Positions 8,810 to 18,392 of a DNA stretch of 29,159 nt are shown piece by piece. Location: positions 1-29,159 of the IMG/VR virus record IMGVR_UViG_3300025601_000083. One strand, 5' to 3'. Position numbers and translations under genes: made by a program. Each line of letters begins with the position of its first letter. Positions within the stretch are counted from its first letter, which is position 1. The notes beneath the pieces were generated by a model, which was given only the letters and a program-made list of their open reading frames with translations, was not told the origin of the DNA and did not search any database. The DNA comes from a virus (lineage: Duplodnaviria > Caudoviricetes).

Positions 8810-11800
8810 ATGTCTTATATAGATGACCTGTCAAAAGGTATTGATAAAGCGTATGCGGAAAGAGACTACGAAGTTGTAGAGATTCTTACCGAGAGACTAC
8901 GGCAAGAAGTAGGAAAAGGAGGAGGTGGCGCAGGGTTCTTTGAGAACGTAGGTAAAGGTCTAGCCTCCGGTGCTATTGGCATGTACGAGTCCGCTGCTTT
9001 AGGTGGCGCTGCCCTACTCGAAGAGGAAGAAGAACTTAAAGCCCGCGACAAAATTCAATCTGTAGCCTCATCCTTCCGTCCCGAAGGTGGAGACAAAGAA
9101 TCACTAACCTATAAGCTAGCCTCTGGCATTGGTTCTATTGGTGCCTTACTGCCTACCGCATTACTTGGCCCTGCCGCCTTACCCGCTGCCGCTGCTATTG
9201 CCGGTGGTGCTGGTGCTGGTGAAGCAAGCGAACGCGCACGCGATTTTGGTGCTACCGAAGAAGAAAGAAGTTCTGTTACGTTCCGTGGTACAGCTATTGG
9301 TCTGCTAGAACTATCTCCCCTAGGTAGAATCGCCAAAGGACTTCAAATTCCCGGCGTAGCTAAAGTACTAGAAAAAGTTGACGCTAATGACTTAAAGGGT
9401 ATTAAAAACCGCATTCGTAGTGTAGCAACTACGGGCGTAGCTGAAGGCGCACAGGAAGCCGCTGCCGCAATATTACAGAATCTTAACGCCCGTGGGTATG
9501 ACGCTGAAGCAGAATTAATCGACGCAGGTGTACTTGACGAAGCTACCATAGGCGGCGGTGCAGGTGCCATTATACAAGCCCTTGCAGACGTTATTGCGGG
9601 GCGTAGAGGCGGTAAGTCTGTAGGTACCGACGGCGCAATAGAGGGAGATGACAAGTCTGATGAACAAGCTGTAGAAGAAGTATTTGGCCTACCTGCTTTA
9701 CCTGAAACCGTTAACATACCCATGCCTGATGGCTCCCTACGTGAAAACGTGCCAATAGATGACCCTGAAGCGCGGGTATACTTACGCGCACAAGAGTTGC
9801 AAGGCGACGCCGAATCACGCAGGACTACAGAACGTGATGCTATCCTTGAAGCGCAGGACAGAGAACAAGGGCTTGCCTCGCTAGTTAAAGATGATGCGGC
9901 GGAACAAGCACGTAGACAAACTGGTGACTTATTCCCACTAGAAAAAGCAACGGCAGAAAAAGAAGCTGCGAGAGTAGCCGCACGCGCACCCGAGGGTATG
10001 AGTGACGCTGAAATGGCTGATGCTATGGCCGAACAAGACGCTGAGACCGAGAGAGCAAGGCGTCTGGAAGATGATGACCAGATAAAAGAACAACCCGACA
10101 TGATAGACCGTGCGGAAGACGAGCAGATACGAGACATAGAAGAGACGGCTGATATTGAAGCCTTGCTCGCAGAAGACGAAGCTCAAGCGGCTAGAGACGC
10201 AGAAGAAAAACGCGCTATAGAGCAGGAATACGCTGTTCTGTTTGAAGGCACCCTAGATGTTGCCGAGGCAGAGGCTAGAGATGCCGCTATTGCAACCGAA
10301 AACAGAACAGCACTGGCACAGTTAGAAGCACAAGTTAAGGAGCGTGGGCCTAAAGAAACTCAACAGCAGCAGCCCCTAGGCGGTATGCAAACGAAGTCTT
10401 CCGCTAAGAAACAAGGCGTGAGGCGCAATGCTACCGAAACTGCGGAGGCGTACGCAGCAGAAAAGAACATCCCTTTAGACACGATAACTCCCGCTGAGGG
10501 TAAACAAATTACTCTGACTGACGTTAGGATAGCAGAACGCCAGAAAGTTGCGGGTATGCCTACTAAGAAGACCGCCGACTTGGAGTCGCAGGCCGGTGCC
10601 GTACAGCCGTTGCCGAAAGAAGTTACCCAGCAGCTAAAAGGATTAGGTATTACAATACCTACTATAACGCCTAAAGCTGCACCAAAAACACCCCCCGCGA
10701 AAACTGCCCCGAAAGCAGAAGCAAAAACAGAAGCGCCTGCTGATACCAGTACACAAGAAGCCCCTACCGACATAGGGGGTGATATTGAGTTCCCTACTGC
10801 CGTACCTCGTGGCACAGAGTTTACTAATCCTGATGATGTAACAGCGTTAACCGACCTAGTTACTAAGCCTATACCCCGAGATCAGAAGGGTATGGAGCAA
10901 ACCGCTCAGACTTACATTAAGAGGTTTAAGCGCCCTGCCGATGCGTTTGAGGCTATAGCTTTTGAAATCGCAGAGAACACGCCTAAGTTCCGTGAACAGA
11001 AAGGTACTCCTACATCCGAGAAAGCTAAGTTTGCAGGTACTGGTGGAGCTAACACTAAAACTACATTGCAGTGGATAGAGAAGAATCTAAGCTCCGATGC
11101 TAAGGCAGAGATAGATCGCCGCATAGTCGAGCAACAGAAGAAGTCAACCGATGTAGAAAAAGATACGAAAGCTAGGGCTACTCAAGAACGAGACGACACT
11201 AAGGTAAAGCAACGCGAAACTAAGATAGCACAGGATGTAGACACCGCTACTGGTGGTCAGGCTACGGTAGTTGGTACATCTACCCCTTCCAAGGCTACTC
11301 CAAAAGTCGAGCCTAGCCCTACTGCCCGTGCAGACAGAGCTACCAAGAAAAAAGCATCAGGAGCGACTAAGAAAGAAGATGTAGTTAGCCAAGCAATAGA
11401 GAACATACAAGGCAGTAGGGGTAAGAATGCAACCGCACCTCTTACTGAAGATATGTCTCCTGATCAATTACGTGCAAGGATAGCGGTTGATACTGCTAAG
11501 TTCGTTGCCGGTGGTGGTAAGATCGACGTGCTTAACTTGGAGCTAGACCCCAAGGTTGCGCTGGAACTGAGTGAGGCTCTACCTAAAGACGTTAAGGCGC
11601 TACTGAAGAAAGGGGACTTAAAAGCCGCATTACAGTCCCTTGCAAAAAGCACTAAGAGTAAGCGCGTCAAGCAGATAGCTAGAGCGTTGTCTGAGAACAC
11701 TGGCACCACCAAAATAGAATTGGCTAATGAAGCTAGTCTAAAAGACAAAGGGTACGAAATCGGAGATGAGGGTAACGTAGCAGGTTTGTTCGATCCTAGG

Positions 11801-14800
11801 ATCAACACTGTAATACTTAACTCTAACATGCCTCTGACCATACATGCGCTACTGCATGAGACTACGCACGCTACTACGCTTAATCAATTAAAGAACAAAT
11901 CTCACCCAGCAACTAAGCAGTTGGAGAAGTTGTATAAAGACGTTAAGCCGTATTTAGATACAGCGTACGGTGCAGAGAACCTTAACGAGTTCATAGCTGA
12001 AGCGTTTAGTAACCCTGTGTTCCAGCGTAAGCTAGCCTCTATCAACCCTAAAGGCGAGGATATAAGTGCCTTGGAGCGGTTCTATCGTGCAGTCACTAAC
12101 TATGTACGAAGACTTATCGGCATGGACACTAAGCCTGTAGGCTCTGCGCTAGACGAAGCTGATGCGGCTATTATAGCGATGCTGTCTCCCAACATGGCTA
12201 CAAGCAATGATCCTGTTATGAACATGGTGTCTACTCAAGACGGAGTAAGAAAAGTACTTAACGACATGACAGACATACAGAAGCGTTTGTCCGAAGGCCC
12301 AAAGAAATCTTTCCTTGAAGGTGCTACAGACTTTTTAAACGGCACTGCGGATAGGACAGCTAAAGACTTCTTACTGAGACTAACTGGTTCGCAAGCATTA
12401 GGCGACGTAGCAAGAAACAATGGTTTCGGGCAGTTAGGGTTAAACCTAGACAAGCTATTTGGAGATCAACGAGGCAACATACAAAAATCTGACGAGAAGA
12501 TAAATAAAGTATTAGAGGCTTATGATGCGTGGGCTAAGAAGAACTTAGAACAGAAGCAGTTGCTAGATAACATTATATATAGCCAAGAGCATGGCGCTAC
12601 TATTTATCAGGTAGACCCTACTCTTACCCGCGCAGAAGCTAAAAAGAGATACGGTAACCAGACTGCTCAAGACGACAGGAACCTATTTGAAGTATGGGAA
12701 GCTAATCAAGATCAATGGAAGAAATTAAATGATGGCGGTAGAAAGCAGTTTACCGAGTTACGTAATACCTATAAACGTATGCACGAAGACCTCGTGGCTG
12801 TTATCAATCGTGAGATTGACGAGATAGGTGACGGCAAAGACAACGCTTCTAAAATAAAACTAAAGAAGCAGATGAACGAGCGTCTGATCTCATCTAACAC
12901 TATGGAAGTATATTTTCCGTTGGTTCGTCAGGGTAACTACAAGTTGTCGTATGCAACTAAGATTAAAAACGACGATGGTACTTTTAGAGAAGAATCAGTA
13001 TTCCTTATGTTTGAGACTGAGGGAGCACGGGACAGTGCGGCTAAGGAAGTAAAGAACGATGCCCTTACCGTTGCTGACACAGTAGAATCTTACGAGGGTG
13101 ATACCAAAGCATCTAGCTACAGAAGTCCTCCCGCCGGTTCTTTCGTTGCTGACGTGTTAGATGTTATCGCTGCTAGCGTACCCAAAGATAAGCGAGGGGA
13201 AGTACAGGAGCAAGTAATGCGACTGTTTATTGAGACACTACCCGAAACTTCTTTTGCTAAGTCTCTACAACGACGTAAGAACACGTTAGGTTACATACAA
13301 GACGCTCGCTTAGGTATGCAGACTAAAGGCTTTGATCTAGGTGCCCAGATAGAGAAGATGCGTTATGGCGGTGAGATACGTGCAGTTGAGAAGGCTATAG
13401 ACCTGAAGCATGGAGAAGGCGCTCCCGAGGGTGTTAACAAAAATACGTTTAATCTGGTTAAAAGAGAGCTAGACAGGCGTGCTAAGTTTGCCCGTGAAGG
13501 AGCCACTAACAAAGGCCCAGAGCAGTACTACCAACGTGCTAACCAGACAGCCTTTATATACACCATTGGTTTTAACGCCTCGTCCGCACTTGTTAACTTG
13601 TCTCAAATACCCCTAGTGGTGCTGCCGTACCTTACAAGTAAATTTAATGCTAAAGATGCTTCTGTAGCCTTGGGTAGAGCAGGTAAGTTTGTAACTTCCT
13701 CTAAAATATCTATCGACGAATACTACGACATCAAAGAAGTTAGCACGACAGATGCGGATGGCGTGGTAAGTCGAAAGGACGTATACACTCTTAAAGCAGG
13801 CCAAGAAAAGAAAATACGGGATACCTCTGCTACTAAAGCGGAAGCTGACGCGAAGATAAAATACTTCAACCGCATGATACCTTTGGTACAAAGGGCTAAG
13901 AACGGGGGTCAGATACATCACTCTACAATAGCTGATCAGTTAGGCGTAAACGATGCGGGACGACAAAAGAATAAGAACCCTGCGCTTAGATTCCTAGATG
14001 GTACGTCTGCTTTGTCCGCTGTAATGTTCAACGCAGCAGAAAGATTTAACCGTCAAGTTACCCTAACGATGTCTTACGACCTTACTCTAAACAAGCTAGA
14101 TGCTATGCACGAAGCTAAGGGTGATAAGAGGTTCTACAGTGCAGTGCAGGCCAAGTTCATAGACGTACCTAGTAGTTCTGAAGCGCGTATGGAATTAGCA
14201 GTAGCTGAAGCCGTGTACTTTGCACAGGAAACAAACGGTGGTTCTGTACTAGAAACTGCGGCAGGTTACTCACAGCAGGGTATCGGTCGTGTGGCGCTGA
14301 TGTATAAGAGTTATGGCCTACAGATGTACTACACCATGATTAAGTCTGCCATACTAGCGGGAGACAATATGTTCGCTAAAGATGCTGAAGGAAAGGAACT
14401 ACGTAACATGGCGCTTAAACAGGCTATGGGGGTTCACTTATCCGCGTTGTTCTTTGCTGGGGTGCAGGGGCTTCCGCTATACGGTATGGTCAGCATGATA
14501 TGGAACATGTTCTTAGATAACGAGGAGGACGATGCTCGCACCATAACACGTAAGTACCTAGGTGAAGGTTGGTACAAAGGGGGGTTAACTGCACTCACGG
14601 GTACAGATGTAGCCTCGCGTGTTAGCCTAAGTAACTTGTTGTTGCAGGAAAACAGGTTTAACAAAGACCCCTCTCTTGAAGAAAGCCTAGGATTCTACTT
14701 GGGTGGCCCCGCATTGAGTACAGGCACTAGACTCAAACGTGCCTATGATGACTTCAACTCAAGCGAGTACGGTAGCTTTGAGCGTGGTATGGAAAGCCTT

Positions 14801-15265
14801 ATGCCCGCCGGTATTACTAATGCTTACCGTAGCACAGTTGGACGTTACGCAAGAGAAGGTGGTATACGGTCTAGGAGAAAAGACCCTATATATGATGACA
14901 TGACTGTCGGTGATTTCGCGGCTCAGGCTCTAGGATTCCCCCCTGCGGAATACACCTACCGCCAAGAAGTATCTGGTAGGAACAAAGGCGTAGAGAAAGC
15001 AGTTACAGAGAAGCGTTCCATGCTAACCAAGAAGTTCTATGTAGCACAGCGCATGGGTGACCATGAGGTTATGGCAGAGGTACTACAAGATATTATTGAC
15101 CATAACAAGCGTCACCCTACTGCGGCACTTACGGGGGAGCAAATATCTAAGTCGGTCAAATCGCACATGAAGACTTCCGCTGGTATGCACAATGGGGTTA
15201 CGGTAAATCCTATAATGAAGTACGCGATTATGAGCAGTAATATGGACTACAACAAGGGCTACTAA
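8810..15265 (+). CDS. Giant internal virion/polyvalent protein with zincin-like metallopeptidase domain
   Basis: 2151 aa. N-terminal Gly/Ala hydrophobic helices, then a long acidic and Pro/Ala/Lys-rich linker. AGLFDP...HALLHETTH (11855-11869) is followed by NLNEFIAEAF, fitting HExxH plus a downstream Glu. The long helical C-terminus has hydrophobic segments. It is the last gene of the structural block. Confidence 0.75.
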   Translation: MSYIDDLSKGIDKAYAERDYEVVEILTERLRQEVGKGGGGAGFFENVGKGLASGAIGMYESAALGGAALLEEEEELKARDKIQSVASSFRPEGGDKESLTYKLASGIGSIGALLPTALLGPAALPAAAAIAGGAGAGEASERARDFGATEEERSSVTFRGTAIGLLELSPLGRIAKGLQIPGVAKVLEKVDANDLKGIKNRIRSVATTGVAEGAQEAAAAILQNLNARGYDAEAELIDAGVLDEATIGGGAGAIIQALADVIAGRRGGKSVGTDGAIEGDDKSDEQAVEEVFGLPALPETVNIPMPDGSLRENVPIDDPEARVYLRAQELQGDAESRRTTERDAILEAQDREQGLASLVKDDAAEQARRQTGDLFPLEKATAEKEAARVAARAPEGMSDAEMADAMAEQDAETERARRLEDDDQIKEQPDMIDRAEDEQIRDIEETADIEALLAEDEAQAARDAEEKRAIEQEYAVLFEGTLDVAEAEARDAAIATENRTALAQLEAQVKERGPKETQQQQPLGGMQTKSSAKKQGVRRNATETAEAYAAEKNIPLDTITPAEGKQITLTDVRIAERQKVAGMPTKKTADLESQAGAVQPLPKEVTQQLKGLGITIPTITPKAAPKTPPAKTAPKAEAKTEAPADTSTQEAPTDIGGDIEFPTAVPRGTEFTNPDDVTALTDLVTKPIPRDQKGMEQTAQTYIKRFKRPADAFEAIAFEIAENTPKFREQKGTPTSEKAKFAGTGGANTKTTLQWIEKNLSSDAKAEIDRRIVEQQKKSTDVEKDTKARATQERDDTKVKQRETKIAQDVDTATGGQATVVGTSTPSKATPKVEPSPTARADRATKKKASGATKKEDVVSQAIENIQGSRGKNATAPLTEDMSPDQLRARIAVDTAKFVAGGGKIDVLNLELDPKVALELSEALPKDVKALLKKGDLKAALQSLAKSTKSKRVKQIARALSENTGTTKIELANEASLKDKGYEIGDEGNVAGLFDPRINTVILNSNMPLTIHALLHETTHATTLNQLKNKSHPATKQLEKLYKDVKPYLDTAYGAENLNEFIAEAFSNPVFQRKLASINPKGEDISALERFYRAVTNYVRRLIGMDTKPVGSALDEADAAIIAMLSPNMATSNDPVMNMVSTQDGVRKVLNDMTDIQKRLSEGPKKSFLEGATDFLNGTADRTAKDFLLRLTGSQALGDVARNNGFGQLGLNLDKLFGDQRGNIQKSDEKINKVLEAYDAWAKKNLEQKQLLDNIIYSQEHGATIYQVDPTLTRAEAKKRYGNQTAQDDRNLFEVWEANQDQWKKLNDGGRKQFTELRNTYKRMHEDLVAVINREIDEIGDGKDNASKIKLKKQMNERLISSNTMEVYFPLVRQGNYKLSYATKIKNDDGTFREESVFLMFETEGARDSAAKEVKNDALTVADTVESYEGDTKASSYRSPPAGSFVADVLDVIAASVPKDKRGEVQEQVMRLFIETLPETSFAKSLQRRKNTLGYIQDARLGMQTKGFDLGAQIEKMRYGGEIRAVEKAIDLKHGEGAPEGVNKNTFNLVKRELDRRAKFAREGATNKGPEQYYQRANQTAFIYTIGFNASSALVNLSQIPLVVLPYLTSKFNAKDASVALGRAGKFVTSSKISIDEYYDIKEVSTTDADGVVSRKDVYTLKAGQEKKIRDTSATKAEADAKIKYFNRMIPLVQRAKNGGQIHHSTIADQLGVNDAGRQKNKNPALRFLDGTSALSAVMFNAAERFNRQVTLTMSYDLTLNKLDAMHEAKGDKRFYSAVQAKFIDVPSSSEARMELAVAEAVYFAQETNGGSVLETAAGYSQQGIGRVALMYKSYGLQMYYTMIKSAILAGDNMFAKDAEGKELRNMALKQAMGVHLSALFFAGVQGLPLYGMVSMIWNMFLDNEEDDARTITRKYLGEGWYKGGLTALTGTDVASRVSLSNLLLQENRFNKDPSLEESLGFYLGGPALSTGTRLKRAYDDFNSSEYGSFERGMESLMPAGITNAYRSTVGRYAREGGIRSRRKDPIYDDMTVGDFAAQALGFPPAEYTYRQEVSGRNKGVEKAVTEKRSMLTKKFYVAQRMGDHEVMAEVLQDIIDHNKRHPTAALTGEQISKSVKSHMKTSAGMHNGVTVNPIMKYAIMSSNMDYNKGY

Positions 15266-15266
15266 T

Positions 15267-15304
15267 AAAAACCCCCCTGTCGCCTCGGAAACGAGCAGGG
15301 GGGT
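15267..15304 (-). terminator. Intrinsic terminator at the convergence of the two gene blocks
   Basis: Stem acccccctg/caggggggt (9 bp) with an inner ctcg-gaaa-cgag hairpin. The A-run at 15267-15271 becomes the U-tail on the - strand. Confidence 0.85.
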
Positions 15305-15348
15305 AGAGAGGTAAAACCATAGTGAGTAAGGGGAGTGGCCCACTACGT
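15267..15348 (-). ncRNA. Candidate ~80-nt small RNA
   Basis: Extended -10 upstream, a 5' hairpin GUAGUGGG/CUCACUAU with loop CCACUCCCCUUA, then the terminator. Confidence 0.4.
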
Positions 15349-15353
15349 CCAAT

Positions 15354-15382
15354 ATAGTATCATATAGTCCGCCAGATACGAA
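15354..15382 (-). promoter_or_regulatory. Candidate sigma70 extended -10 promoter
   Basis: On the - strand: TTCGTA-17 nt-TACTAT, with TG-n directly before the hexamer (TGATACTAT, 15362-15354). Confidence 0.4.
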
Positions 15383-15575
15383 TACCTAATTTACCATTTT
15401 CTATGGCTATCTTTGTCTTTACTTGCCATTTCTTACGTTTAAACAGTGTTACGACCTGATCCTTAGCTTTCTGCGTGTTTAAACACGGTACGAAGAGGGA
15501 CGCTCCAACGTGCATACCCTCCCAGTTAACTATAATACGTATCCCGTCGGGATGTAGGTCATCAACCATTAACAT
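15360..15575 (-). CDS. Small hypothetical phage protein
   Basis: 71 aa directly after the primase stop, with an AAGGTG RBS-like site. The W..M.VG.S.FVP...GIRIWR pattern resembles small conserved phage proteins. Confidence 0.75.
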   Translation of the reverse strand: MLMVDDLHPDGIRIIVNWEGMHVGASLFVPCLNTQKAKDQVVTLFKRKKWQVKTKIAIENGKLGIRIWRTI

Positions 15576-15576
15576 G

Positions 15577-18387
15577 TTACACCTTCACATCTGCCGCAGA
15601 ACAGTCTATGGATATAACGTGAGTTAGTGGTAGGTAAGTAGTAGTACCTTTAGTCAACCGCACCTTAGTAGTTTTAGCTCCAGACTTATCTTTCAGTTCT
15701 TGAATAAACGCTGAATAATTTATCTGTTGCCTACCGCACCACGTTTTAAGGGGTTTAGGTATTAAGTAAGCTATCTTCGTATCAGTCTCGTAACGCCCTA
15801 CTAACCTAATTCTAGGGTCTAATTCTGGTATGACTAACGCATCTAGCCCGTTGTTCTGTGCCTTACGTAAGTCGTCGGTGCTTTTGATTTTAAGTATGCT
15901 ACCCCAGTTCTCATGGAAGTAGTCGTTTAAAGTATCTAGTGCAGAACAGTTCATACCGGCCACATTGTCCTTATTCTCTCTCAATAGTTTAATTATGTAC
16001 TTAAACAACTTATTTGTATCGTAGTCTACTAGCCCTAGCTTCTTAGCTATGAGTACACCCGTAAGGGTAGAAGCCCCACCCGCTGACCAGAATCGGTTCT
16101 CTGCGGTAAGCTGTGCCGCCTTATCTATCTTGGCCCGTACCTTCTCCAGTAAATCCTTAACACTGTCTATGTTAGCTATAACGTACTGCATGTACACTTT
16201 ACCTGCGTGCCCGTATATAGTTTCTGCATTGATTGCGTGTATGTCTGTTAAGTACTTAGTTTTACTTTGGTCGAACAACCTAACTGCTTTAGTCTCCATC
16301 ATCCGTTGGGCTTCCGCTTTCGGCATAGCCTTGTACAGACTGACTTTCTCGATAGCACTACAGTTGCCTGTGGTAACGGACAGTAGCTTCCAAGGTTTAC
16401 CTCTAGCGCGTTCGGTATTATTACCCCCACTAGTCATACGGTTCCTCTGTTTACCACTGGATATTTGGTATATAAGCGACGATAAATCCTCACCTTTAAG
16501 TTCAGTAAGTTCGTCAATGTACAGGGGTAGGTTTTGGTATACCTCACTGCGGTTCATCCTAGAGTGTTGAGTATCATCTTCTCCCAGTACTAGGGCTTTA
16601 GGGCTACCCCATATAGACGCGCCTACGTTCATGGCGGTGGTCTTACCTACGCCGCTCTCCTTACTATGTACGTGAAACCCTGCACAAGAAACGGGGGACA
16701 GGGCCATAAGGGGGGAACCAAACCCTGTGCCTACTATGTATTGATGCAGTTCAAACCCATCACGGTTGTAAAAGTTGGCCGTATCTATCCAACCCTGCAA
16801 AGTGCCTTTAGGTTCAAATGCGTGAAACAACCCTACTGTCGGGGTAGAGGGAGGATTGTCGCCAATACGATCAGCGAATACTTCTTCATTGCCTAACACA
16901 AAGGACTTAAAGTCATCCCCAGTCCACCCAAACTGCCTACGTGCTTCTGTTGCTACTCCCGTAGCCTGTAACTCGTTTACCCAAGTTGTCATGTAAGTCA
17001 TAAGTTCATCCATTCGTGAGACGGCCACACCATGCATGGACATCTGTTTCCGTAATTCTTCTTTTGAAGTAACCGCTGTAAGGGGAATAGTAAACTCTCT
17101 AACCCCGTCTTTGGGCAAGTGCAATCTAACGACCACTGCTTCGCCCATCTCTACATCTGATATGCGTTTAACTATGTACAGGTCATTGTGGTACACCACC
17201 TTCTCATCTGTATCGCCTTCGGCATTGGTAGTACGCATATACACCCCACCATTGGTACCCCTAAAGAATGGCCTAGGGTACGGCGGAATCACATAGGTAG
17301 TAGTAATAGGTGAGTCAGGTAAGTCCATCTCAGGTACTTCTACTATGTTATCTTCTGCGGTAGCTTCTATCACGCTACTACCTAGCACTATAGGAGACTT
17401 TACCTTGCCCCAGTTCGGGCAGTCAGAACATACATCGGGGTTAAACTCGTCGAAAGACGTACACTTGTATGGGCCTTTGATTAGCTCCATCTTCTCTACG
17501 GTAGCCTGCTCAGAGTAACCCTCGTGGTTCTTAGATATGTTGCGTGCCGCTGACTCAGAGTCAACACAGAACTTAGCTATAGATAGCCCCGCTCTCCACA
17601 TAGGTTCACTGCAATTCTCTTGGTCTTGCCATATGGTGCGTAGTTGCTCACAGCCAGTACCGTTCATAGTCTTAGCTATGATGTCTTTAAATTTGTTTTG
17701 CCTGTTACCGATCAGTGCGTTCATCACAGCATTGCTACCGGCAGGAGCCATTATCTTAGGAACTGGTATCAGTCCGCCTCCCAACAAGGTCGAGAACTTA
17801 TCAAAGTCTACGTTGTCAGGGTAATCATCTGCTAAGAACTCAACAGCAGATGGGGGGTCAGTCTTATAGTTATGCGTGGTTGGTACTCGCAGTACCCTAG
17901 CGGCATCGGCAGTGACAGAGGGGTCAGCCAGTAGCCCGTGTTCAGCACATAACTTCTTTAGACGTTCTGCTACAGGTAGCCAGTCGTTCAACTCTATCGA
18001 CTCCGAAAGGAACCAATACGCGTGTATGCCACGTCCAGAGTTAACTAGCTTGGGCTTCGGTAGTGATAATGTCTTACAGAACCCTTGTAGTGCCACAAGA
18101 GCTGTATCTTGATCTGGATAGTCTTTGGTAGCCCCACAATCTAAATCGAGAAAGAAAGACTTCAGATGATGCACGTTAGCTACTTTACGTGAGTTCGGTT
18201 CTTTGAACGTGCCTAGAGCGAAGTATGCGTCATACCCCTTGTTATCTAGGTCGCGTGCGGCATCGGCCATATCCCCCACGGAGGTGTAAAACTTCTGTAT
18301 CCTCCGATCATCTTTTGTACGAAAAGAGAACAAGCAGTAATGCCCGTCTTCCCCCAATACCCTCCTTAAAAAATCTTCTGTTTTCAT
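15577..18387 (-). CDS. Primase fused to DUF927-type/AAA+ helicase
   Basis: N-terminal AEP/RepB-type primase motifs FFLDLD, NSGRGIHAYW and ARVLRVP. A Cys cluster (GPYKC...CSDCP), Walker A ESGVGKTT and Walker B LYIDE follow. Confidence 0.85.
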   Translation of the reverse strand: MKTEDFLRRVLGEDGHYCLFSFRTKDDRRIQKFYTSVGDMADAARDLDNKGYDAYFALGTFKEPNSRKVANVHHLKSFFLDLDCGATKDYPDQDTALVALQGFCKTLSLPKPKLVNSGRGIHAYWFLSESIELNDWLPVAERLKKLCAEHGLLADPSVTADAARVLRVPTTHNYKTDPPSAVEFLADDYPDNVDFDKFSTLLGGGLIPVPKIMAPAGSNAVMNALIGNRQNKFKDIIAKTMNGTGCEQLRTIWQDQENCSEPMWRAGLSIAKFCVDSESAARNISKNHEGYSEQATVEKMELIKGPYKCTSFDEFNPDVCSDCPNWGKVKSPIVLGSSVIEATAEDNIVEVPEMDLPDSPITTTYVIPPYPRPFFRGTNGGVYMRTTNAEGDTDEKVVYHNDLYIVKRISDVEMGEAVVVRLHLPKDGVREFTIPLTAVTSKEELRKQMSMHGVAVSRMDELMTYMTTWVNELQATGVATEARRQFGWTGDDFKSFVLGNEEVFADRIGDNPPSTPTVGLFHAFEPKGTLQGWIDTANFYNRDGFELHQYIVGTGFGSPLMALSPVSCAGFHVHSKESGVGKTTAMNVGASIWGSPKALVLGEDDTQHSRMNRSEVYQNLPLYIDELTELKGEDLSSLIYQISSGKQRNRMTSGGNNTERARGKPWKLLSVTTGNCSAIEKVSLYKAMPKAEAQRMMETKAVRLFDQSKTKYLTDIHAINAETIYGHAGKVYMQYVIANIDSVKDLLEKVRAKIDKAAQLTAENRFWSAGGASTLTGVLIAKKLGLVDYDTNKLFKYIIKLLRENKDNVAGMNCSALDTLNDYFHENWGSILKIKSTDDLRKAQNNGLDALVIPELDPRIRLVGRYETDTKIAYLIPKPLKTWCGRQQINYSAFIQELKDKSGAKTTKVRLTKGTTTYLPLTHVISIDCSAADVKV

Positions 18388-18392
18388 AAATA

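Noticed and set aside
1470-15352. Numerous - strand ORFs (e.g. 1745-2605, 9343-10137, 3503-3898, 15083-15352)
   Set aside because: They are antisense shadows of long + strand genes, with Ser/Ala-rich mirror composition and no recognisable motifs.
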